A DNA stretch of 64,000 nt from Azolla caroliniana (Eukaryota; Plantae; Polypodiophyta). Where the stretch lies: the NCBI GenBank assembly GCA_043228905.1, contig JBHGNT010000020.1:62001-126000 (forward strand). Direction: 5' to 3'. A model generated the notes under the pieces. The model made no database searches. It worked only from the letters and a program-made list of their open reading frames with translations, and was not told the DNA's origin. Shown one piece after another: positions 37,201 to 48,200 of this stretch. The position numbers and the translations under genes are program-made. The first letter of the stretch is position 1. The number at the start of each line of letters is the position of its first letter.

Positions 37201-40200
37201 CTGTGTTTACATATTGTTCTTTCTCCCTATTGTCCGGCAAAGTCGATTGTATTCGGTGTCCATTGTTAAGCTTCCACATAATTTTTGTTTACATGGTATC
37301 AGAGCACAAGTGTTGAGAAGAATCCTTTGCAACTGACTTAGCTTTCCGACACGAGTCATCAACAAGGTTCCGAAAAAGGAAAGAACAAGAACATGGACAA
37401 AGGAATGGGTAGCACTCTTTCGACAAAGAAGTTGGACAGAAGTAACTACACATCTTGGGAATACAAGATGCACCAGTACCTGCTTGGGCATGGCTACTGG
37501 AGTTACATCCATGGAGAAAATGAAGTAGTGCTAGAATCGGCACATAAGGATTTTCCGGTCTAGGAGCAGGCGACAAGTAGATTCTTGTACTACCTTGCAT
37601 CTTGTGTGCATGACCAGATGTTGGGCTACATTCATAAAGATAAAATGCCGAAGGAGACCTAGGAAAATCTGAAGAAGATTTTTGCCGCGAGTACCATGGC
37701 CCACAAGTTGCAGCTTCGGCAAGAGCTTAACAATATCCAACAGAAGGATATGATAGTGACTGACTACACCACAAAGATCAAGGAGATATGTGATGCCTTG
37801 GGGTCCATCAATGTGACGGTGGACGAGGAAGAAATGGTACAAATCTGCCTTGGTGGTCTAGCTCAGAGGTACGGGCTGATTAGGACGACAATTTGCATGA
37901 GGGAGAAACCGCCGACCTTCTAACCACGCAGGTGTGTCAAGCAGCACACACTCTGATAGCTAGATGTTGTACACGGGGGCAGATAGGCCTCGTGGCCGTG
38001 GAGAACGCGTGGATCGACACGCAATGGTAGTGGCCGACAAGAGTAGAAGCAGAGGCACAAAGGAAGTGCCAATTGCAGTGGACCCTCCACAAGCAAGGGG
38101 AGTCAAGGTGGTGCCGGATGTCGGCAAAACAAAGCCACCGATTGTTGGTATTGTGGCTGGAAGGATCATAGGGAAAGTGAGTGCTAGAAAAAGAAGGCCG
38201 ATTCAGAAAAAGTCGAATCAGGTAGAACCGAACAGGGAAATTGGTAATGATCGCACTATGTAGAAGGCTCGAATCGAGTCGGAACGGGTCCAACCTTCAT
38301 AATGAAGCACAAGGCCAACTTGATGAAGATGAACATTTCGAAACTGAATATGGTGTGGTACGTGGATTTCGCCGTGTCCAATCACATGCTAAACCATGAA
38401 GAGTGGTTCTCATACCTCAAGAAGCCTGAACAACTAGGGGTCGTCGAAACCGGCGATGACACCCCTCAGCCCATCGAGCATATCAGAGATGTCCCCTTGA
38501 GCCATGTCGCCTAGAAAAGGAGGTTGAGGAACGTCCTACACGTCCTAACGATCACCAAGAACCTGGTGTCAGTCAGACAAATCGTCGATCAAGGCATGCA
38601 AGTTTGGTTCACCCACCACGGCCACTTCATCGAGGAAGAAGGTTAGATCATCGTGCAAGGGTGCCGAGAAGGGAGAATGTTCATCCTCAAGACGAACAAC
38701 GTTGGCACCACAATGTTTTCCATGGGATAGAAGGTCGAATTGTACATCGACTTGTGGCACAAGTGGATCAGCCACGTCAACTTCCAAAGGCTTAAGGAGT
38801 CACAAACGAAACAAATTGTGTATGGCTTGCTGAAGTTCAATGGCCGGAAGGCCCAAGTTTGTGAAGCATGTTAGCTAGGGAAGCAACACCAACTTCCATT
38901 CCCTAATGAGCGTAATCGGAGCCGAAACAAGCTCGATTTGATCCATTTGTATGTGTTGGGACTGACATAGAATGTGAGCCAAGGCGGGGGTCGATATTTC
39001 GTCTCCTTCATCGATGACTATAGCGACACACCTAGATCTACCTCATAGAGAAGAAGAGTGACGTCTTCTCTTGTTTCTTGAACTTAAAAAGCCTAGTGGA
39101 AAGGGAAACTGAGAGGAAAATCAAGTGTGTGCAATCGGACGGCGGAAAGGAATACTTTTCTGGCCAGTTCAATTGTGATTTGTAGGAGATGGGAATTTGC
39201 CACGAATTCACCTGCAGATATACATCGGAGCAGAATGGCGTAGCCGAAAGAAGAAGTCGATCAATTATGGAAGTGGCACATGCAATGCTGGAAGAGAAGA
39301 GCATGCCCAAATTTGACTGGGTTGTAGTTGTTTGGACGGTAGTATACATTTAGAATCGGATTTCTGCACACGGAGAGGTGTCAATGCATGAGTTGTACTT
39401 CAGGCGAAAGCCAAACGTGAAACACCTAAGCGTATTCGGCAACATTGCATATGTGCATGTGCTGGATGGGAAGAGGAAGAAGATGGATGCCAAGGCAGAG
39501 AAGTGCATCTTGGTCGGCTACTCACATGAGCAGAAGGGGTACACATGCTACAACCCCCGGAAGAAGCAAGTGCGAGTGAGCCCGGACGTCATCTTTGAGG
39601 AATCGACGTCTTGGTATTCCCTTTCATCTCTAAGTCCCGAAGACTCTGTGTCGATTGCTGAGTATCAGACCAGTGAGGCCAAGATGATCTTGGAAAAAGA
39701 AGAAATCGACACTCAGGAAGTGAGTTTAATTTCATTCCGACTAAGTGGGACGAATGAAGAGTTGGACCGCGACAGTCAGCCAATTGACATGTCGGCAAGT
39801 GATGAGGACTCAATCGTGCAATACCCATGGAGAAAGCCAACGAAATGGCTTACCCACAAAGAGAAAGGGAAGAAGAAGATGTCGAAGCTCGGAAATCTTG
39901 AAGGCACGTCGGATCTGCACGAGGTTATACGCTCCTCGTAGATCGATTTTTGTAAAAAACTTGGCACCATTAACTCGCTCTAAAAGACTTGATATAAGAG
40001 GAAGTGCATACCTATTCCAGATGGTGACCTTATTTAAGCCGCGGTAATCAACGACAAGACGAAGTGAGCCATCTTTCTTCTTGACAAAGAAGATGGGTGC
40101 TCCGGCCGGAGATTTCAAATGACAAATAAACCCGTTTGCCAAGTTCTCCTCTATGTAGGCTCGAATGACTTCTAACTCGGTGGGTGACAAGTTGTAGATT

Positions 40201-42226
40201 GGTCCCCATGGTGGCTCTGCTCCTGGTTGTAAATCGATGGGACAATCGTAGGGACGATGATGAGGAAGAGTACTGGCTTTTACCTTGTCAAATACGTCGG
40301 CATAAGGATGATATTTCGCCGGAAGTTGCACTAAGGATTCCTCCTTAATATTGCTGGAAGGATGTACTGATATGGCAAATAGGAACATTGCCTCCTTGTG
40401 TCCTTCTTCGCGTAGTTGACGTAATGAAATGGTCGAAACTCGATGAGTAGATTCTTGGGGTTGTCGATACCAGACTTCTCTTGTTCTCCAATCTATGTCT
40501 AGATTGTGTAGTTCAAACCAAGGTAATCCCAGGACAATGGGATGCTCTGGACTACAAATAATATTAAATGATACTACACACACAAAACTACCTAGGACAA
40601 CCTGAATGGGTTCTGACTCCTCTACAATTTTCTCGGAAGCAATGGGACGACCATCAATGACTACTACAGATGCGGGGCAAGGAAGTTTTCTTAAGGATAT
40701 CTGAGAAGCTTGGGCAAAATTTCGATCCATGAAACAGGAATTGGCTCTGGAATCTAAAAGTGCTAGGACTTGTACTGGGGGAGTACTTTTAGTACTAACT
40801 ATGACTTGGGCTAGGAACACATTGCTAACTTGCTTGGAGGGAATGGAACCACTAATGGGTTGTACAAATCTAGGGTTGTCCAACCAAACGACTCCTATTT
40901 TGGCTGGACTCAATCGTTTAACTCTTCATCTAATTGACTAAGGATTTCAAATTTGTTTGAGATACTTGGGCTATTAGTACTATTAATACTATCAGACACT
41001 CTATTAGTACTATTAATACTATCAAACACTCCTAAGGGAAAATTTGACTCGGGTTTAGTACAAGCTACGATTTGATTTACCTGTCTTCTTGGCATATGGG
41101 GACAATTGATTGCGATATGCCTTGGTCCACCGCAATACAGACATAATCGATTTGCACGACGTCGTTGATTTTCTTCTTCCGATAACAGGCCACGTCGACG
41201 CATGGTGCCAATCTCCATTGGTGTCGGAGTATTTTCTTGGGGTACGTCATGTGTGAACACTTTAGCCGCGATTGAGGCATATGTGGGCTCCGACCTATAG
41301 CGTGGTATTTGTAATTGACATTCGGAACGTCGTTCGAAAAGGCGGTTGTCACATCAGACCGCTCGACTGATTGCCTCTGTAAGAGATTTTGGTTCTTTGG
41401 GGAAGGTTAAAAGTAAATCTTTTACATTGTTTCACAGGCCGTAGCGAAACTGCTCCATTAGTGCCTGATCATCCCGGGGAATATCAGAGGCGAGTAGACG
41501 GAAATCCGCTGCGTAGGTAGAGGCTGGACGATCGCCTTGACTCAATCGTCAGATCTTGTTGATCGTCATCCTGATGTTGTCGGTGTCTCCAAAGCAGGCT
41601 TTAAACTCACTAATAAAATCTTCAAAGTTATTAAGCAAGGGCGATTGTTTTTCTAGAAGCAGAGCGAACCATGCTAAGGTTGAGCCGCTAAGCAACGTGC
41701 CTATTAGGTCGACTCGGGATGCATCAGTGGGGTATCGGGAAGGATGCATTTGGATAACTAATCGTACTTGATTAAGGAATCCCCTGAATTGTGATCGCGT
41801 TCCATCAAATTTCACAGGAAGTCCAATCTTCGACTCTTTATGAAATCCTTGGGGACTTGATCCTTGTTGTTGCAATGCTGCTTCAAGTTGTTGTGCCTGT
41901 AACGCTAACTCCCCATGTTGTTGCTGGGTTTGTTGTTTTTCTAGAGCGATTTGTTGCAGATCCCCTATCAGCCGTTGGTTTTCTTGTTCCAAGGCCACAC
42001 ATTTTTCTTTTAGGCACTGTAGCTCAAAGAAAACGGATTGATATTCTTGGGCGCTAATAGTAGCCATAGTATAGGGAAAAGGGTAGGAGGATGAGGGAGA
42101 ACGACAAGTAGGCTGGAGGAAGAAAATTGGTTCAAACTGTCAGGAATAGTACTAAAGCAAAGAGGGAATTAGTACTAAAGAAGAGAAGTACTATTAGTAC
42201 TAAGAGGATGGGACTGCGTAAGATTC

Positions 42227-42270
<44 letters not shown>

Positions 42271-45200
42271 AGAAGAGAGGAGAGAGAGAAGAGAGATAGC
42301 GAGGAAGAGAGAGAGAGAGAGATGATGATAACAACTAATATATTATGTGAAGGATAAGTACAAAATGGCTAAGAGGCTTAAGACAGGCGTTGAACCAATT
42401 TGGTTCAACATAAATGCCTAGTGCCTTCTTTTATAGTGTTCTCAGGAGTAATCCTGAAGCTTCTAGAATGTTCCAGAGAAATCTCGAATATACATTAATT
42501 TCCTATAATAAAACTTAAGTGAAAATAATATCCTACATATTACAATAGATGGTATAATGGTCAAGAGCTCGACCCATATAACATAAGGTCATGGGTTCGA
42601 GTCTTGCCATATCATGACAGAAAGTGGTAGAAGTCTATGAGCCAGAGAGCTACACAAAGGCATCACGGGATGCCAAATGGTAATCAACCATGGAGGAAGA
42701 AATGTAGGCACTAGCTGCTGCATTTGAACTGAAGGATTTTGGGGGAGCTTCATTACTTCCTCGGGATCAAAGTGATCCACACCCTCGACGGCATATTGCT
42801 CACTCAACGACATTATGTCTTGAATATGTTGTACAAATTCGGAATAACGGATTGCCAATCTGTCACCACTCCTCTCGATCGAAACTTGAAGCTTTGTCAT
42901 GACTCGGGAGCGGCCTGTGATGAGAAACAGTTCTAGCAAATTGACACAATGGATCACCGTTCGACATCAGGATTCGTGTTCTCTCTTCGGAGTACCAATA
43001 TCATGGAGCAGCAAGAAATAGCCAACAGTCGAGCATTGCGGTTGAATATCGAGGAGCCACTATCGCTACTTGCGAAGCCATATGGCTCAAGCGGCTATTG
43101 CAACATCTACAAGTGGTGGTTGTTGATCTGATTCCAATATGTTGTGACAACATCGGTAGCATACAACTAGCAAAGAACCCCGTCTTCTATGCTCGCACGA
43201 AGCACATAGAAGTGCATTATCCTTTTGTGCACAAGTGGGTCCTGAGTGGTGAAGTCGAACTGAGGTACGTTCGATCCGATCAACAAGTTGCCAATATTTT
43301 CACCAAGGCATTCAGACTAGACAAGTTGCAACAGTTCTCGGAGATGCTTGGGCTCCAACATCTCGACGAGCCACACTTGAGGGGAAGAACAATTGGGAGC
43401 TCGGGAGAGAACAACAAACGTGATGAGCTGGAGCAAGACCCAACTGAAGGTAAGAGGAGCGTTGAAGAAGAAGACAAATTGGAGAGGAGAGCTGACGAAG
43501 AAGACGAATTGGAAACAACCGGTTCGGGTAATGGAAATGATTCAGACGAGATGAATCATATAGACGCCAAACGAACAAGAAGGCCAAAAACAATGCCGAT
43601 GCGGGAGTACCGACGGGTCAGGGAGCACCAAAATCGTAAAGGTGAGAAGAAGGCCGACATAGGCCTAAGGAGTAGACAAGCTGACCGAAGAGGTTGAGGA
43701 GCATGTGCTAGGAGACAAGCTGTCAAGAGGAGCCAAGGTGAAGAGCCGACAAAGCTTGAGGGGGAGTGTTGAGAAGCAAGCTCAACATAGGCCAGATTGG
43801 CTGGAGAAACCAGCAGCACATTAGTGCCGAAATTCCTATTCATAGTAATAAGAATATTTTAGGAGTTAGTGTCATAGGCTCTTTATGAGCATTCAAGTAC
43901 GTGTCAATACTTGTGTCAGTCCTTTTGAGGACTTGTATAAAGAGTGCTCCCTAAGCACATTTTGATGTACAGAGTATTATTATTTTTGTATTGAGTTTAC
44001 TACTTTTCTGCTCTCTTTGTCTCTCCCTCTATGTAGTGTGAATCTATCTCTATGTTTACCTACTGTTCTTTCTCCCTGTTGTCCAACAGAGTCGAATGTC
44101 TTCGGTGTCCATCGTTAAGCTTCCACATCATTTTTGTTTACAGTGAGAGGATAAGTAGATGGGTGAACGAGGTCATGTGGCTTTGTTAGGAGGATTGGGA
44201 TATAAGAAAATGGACGGGTGGAATTAGACAAGCATGACTGGAAGAGGTGAGGGAAAGCATAGAGGGGCTAGGTGCAACACACGTGTTTGTGGCGAGAGAC
44301 AAGGGAATTAGGTAAATTAATGAGGCAAAGAACAAACATTAGCGAGACACATAGGAAGATAATGAATTAACACACCACGATTGATCTTGATCTACTTGAA
44401 ATCAGTTGGTATGTAACACATGAACTATGCTTACAACTACTCATGATTTTACAATCACACAATTCATATGACTTTACAACCATGCATTAGGTTTACACTA
44501 CAACCTCACAATCAACCCACCCTCACAACCTTACAATACTCGACAACTTGGTGGCCATGTCATTATTGACCTATGGTGAGTGAGGTTTCCCCTTTTGATC
44601 TACAACTATATCTGTTTCTCACCTTACAAATGTAATTGCTTAACTTGCAAGGATATCTAACATCTTATGTAGTTTCCTTAAACTAGTTGTTTCTATTTTG
44701 TTATATGCATTGTGAGATGTTCCTAGCCCTGTACGTTTTCATGGTTCATGGTTGAGATACACCTAGAACCAAAACAAATGTCTATAAAAGTGATTCTATC
44801 CAATGGCTCATGGTATTTACGCTTCCTTTCTAGCAATTACATTATTAATTTGGAATGTAAATGTCCATGAGTAGGTATCTCATGCCTAGATTTTGGGCAT
44901 TGTGCACCAACTCCGTTGAGGTGGAGCATATTTTTATGCAAGATCTAAAGAATTCTAATGGGCCAATTGCATGTTTTGTGCAATTAATACAACTCGAATG
45001 GAAGATACCATGGTTGTTATTGAGACCCCAACATCCATATGTGGTAGTTTGAGATTCTTGGATCATTGATATATACAAGGCTGTAAAAGTGACTCACACA
45101 TTTCCAAAGTAATGTGTTCAAATTGTTATACTAGTAAACATTGCCCAAGTAATGTTTTCAAAATGTTCCCTTACACCAACATAGAATACCTAAATTATTT

Positions 45201-48200
45201 AATTATGTCAAGTGTTATATAACAAACTTAACCGATAGTACAGTTATTACACCTATAGTTCATTGACATTTTATGACCAAGTTCATTAATTTAGTGATTG
45301 TAGAATCTTCAACGTTTCTATGTTCAATTTCAAATATATTCCCATATTGTTAGGAATGCCACTATATTAGAATTCAATGATAGTGCATTACAATCATCTT
45401 GACTCGATTTCCAAATCTAGGTATGCCACTATGACCGATGAGATTATTGTGAATGATGACATCAACCACATTGAATCACTATCATCTTGGTAATAATGGC
45501 CCAAACTCTCTATCGTTGCCATGACCTCCAACTCTCCTTTGTGTGTGAGCTCAACATAAATGAGTAAAACTACATATGACCATGGTACTCAAAACCCTTC
45601 AATAATACTACATACAGTTAGAGTCTTGTGTTTGTGTTCAACTTGTGTTAACAACACTACCTATGGCCAAAGTGTCATGTGTGTACGCAACCCAAGTGAG
45701 TAACATTGTCTACTAGGACTAGAGTCTCCCATGTGTACACGAAGTCACGTTGGTGACGCTCCCTATTAGGAGTGTCTTGTATACTCTAACCCAAGTCATC
45801 AGCAATCGAGCAAAGAATTGGATCACAAATGTTCGAGTAATGTGTGAAGTGTATGGCTAACAAACAGTAGGATGAGAGAAAGACAAATGTATAAGTAAAA
45901 GTTGGCATACCTGGAGCTTGTATGGAGTGTCGGAGAAGGTCCACACGCCAAGGTCCTTTTCATATGGGAAGAGAATAAAACTAGAGTTTGAATGGTGGAA
46001 GGACATGATATATTGGGCATTGGAAACAAACATCCACATGAATTACTCACCCCATTATATCTCAACCAACCCACCAATGGCTTCTTGGATGGCTTGTTGG
46101 TGGACTCATGTAATGACATTATCCTTGAGCTCAAGCACTTGTAATTGCTCTCTATCTGTATCATTCATGTCATACAAATTGAATATAAACAAAATTCAAG
46201 TGATTCTAATCCACAACCCAAAGTAGTTTTGAATTTGAATACAATCTACAAGTTACCTAAATTAGTTTTGAATCCAAACCCACAACCCAATTTAGTTTTG
46301 AATCCAATCTACAACCTAAATTAGTTTTGAATCCACCCGGAAACGCAATTTAGTTTTGAATCCAATCTACAACCTAAATTTGTTTTGAATACAATCCACA
46401 ATCCTAAATTACTTTTGAGTCTAACCCACAACCTTAAATTAGTTTTGAATCCAATCCACAACCCACAGTTATTTGAATCCAACTCACAAAACAAATTAGC
46501 TTTAAATCCAATCTACAACCTAAGTTAGTTCTGAATCCAATCCACAACCCAAAGTAGTTTGAATCCAACCCGAGACCAAATTTAGTTTTAAATCCAGAAC
46601 CTAAAGTAATTTGAATCCAAACCACAACCCAATTTAGTTTTAAATCCAATCCACAACCCAAAGTAGTTTGAATCCAACCCACAATCCAAACTAAATTAAA
46701 TCCAATCCACAACCCACATTAGTTTTGAATCCAATCCACAACCCAAATTAGCTTAAAATCCAATCCACAACCCAATTTAGTTTTAAATCCAATCTACAAC
46801 CCAAAGTAGTTTGAATCCAACCCACAACCCAAACTAAATCGAATCGAATCCACAACCCAAACTAAATTGAATCCATTCCACAATCCAAATTAGTTTTGAA
46901 TCCAATCCACAACCCAAATTAGTTTTGAATCCAACCCACAACCCAAATTAGTTTTGAATCCAACCCACAACCCAAATTAGTTTTGAATCCAACCCACAAC
47001 CCAAATTAGTTTTGAATCCAATCCATAACCCAAATTAGTTTTAAATCCATCCCACAACCCAAACTAAATTGAATCCAATCCACAACCCAAATTAGTTTTG
47101 AATCCAATCCACAACCCAAATTAGTTTTGAATCCAACCCACAACCCAAATTAGTTTTGAATCCAATCCATAACCCAAATTAGTTTTGAATCCAACCCACA
47201 ACCCAAACTAAATTGAATCCAATCCACAGGCCTAATTAGTTTTTAATCCAATCCACAACCCAAATTAGTTTTGAATCCAATGTACAACCCAAATTAGATA
47301 GATTTGAATCCAATCTACGACCCAAACGAGATTGAATCCTATCCACGCCCCAAATTAGTTGAATCAATCCAACCCACAAACCCAAACTAATTGGCGTCCA
47401 TGATCCAATCCCCACCTAGATTAGTTCTACATCAAAATTTAGATATCAGCAGTAGAATCATACTCACAATGGTATGTAATTCCAAAGGACTAGACATTAA
47501 CTTTTAAGGTTAGCCATTAATGGCGATGGAGTAGTTTTATCTGGTTAGCCATTAACTTAAAATAGTGTGTGAATCCAAAGGATTAGTTTGATTAAGATTG
47601 CCACAGTTAATGACAATGGTGGAAGGAAGTAATTAAATTAAGCAGTTTTGCCTGGGAGTAGATAGCATTTGCGGGCGCCTCAAGATCGAAGAATGCAGCC
47701 ACGAATTTAATCCACTCCGCACGCTGCATCCATTAAACATTCAATCTCATCTGAATCTCTACTCTTCCTTTCATCCAATCTAAATCTGTTCTTGAATTAA
47801 AAACTCTACTTAGATTGGGCTGAAGAATTTTGGAGAATTCGGAGGTTAGGGATCGAAAAAAGAGTAGAAATTAAGGGTTCGAAAGACCAATTAATTCCGA
47901 ATTGGATTTGATTTTTGGATTATGATTTATGATTGATTTTGAATATGAATCGAAGATGGGATCGAAAAATGGATTAATGATGGATAAATCTTTTCTTTTT
48001 TTATAAACCTGGAGGGGTCCTCGATCGTCCAAAGCATCGAAGCTAATGAAATTGGATCGATTCAGATCCGAAGAATAAGTGGGCAAATGGATCGAACCGA
48101 AGAGGGCATCTAATCGATTCAAATCATCATCATCATCATCATTGTTTTTTTTGTCATCTGATCGAATCATCTGCTTAGATTTAGTAGTGTTGTGAAATTG

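Larger units (their letters stand above)
39905..42619 (-). mobile_element. Truncated chromovirus (Tcn1-like) gypsy nested in the copia: 5' LTR 42138-42619, gag, protease, partial RT
   Basis: LTR has TGTCA..TGACA ends. Gag from 42067 ([15 protein letters not shown]; [10 protein letters not shown]), protease [34 protein letters not shown] and [10 protein letters not shown]. Confidence 0.93.
36864..44142 (+). mobile_element. Degenerate copia (family A relative) with both LTRs, inside the large intron of the CBA1-like gene
   Basis: LTRs 36864-37293 and 43767-44142 (the 3' LTR has a ~53-bp deletion); TSD GTGAG; PBS TGGTATCAGAGC at 37294; PPT at ~43756-43766. Gag/protease/integrase/RNase H relics with many stops; most of RT deleted. 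Confidence 0.95.

Noticed and set aside
42543-42615. Functional tRNA gene
   Set aside because: Acceptor and anticodon stems do not pair; kept only as a Pol III promoter-like motif.
46205-47400. CRISPR-like periodicity of 29 bp
   Set aside because: Head-to-tail repeats without unique spacers in a eukaryotic intron; an ordinary minisatellite.
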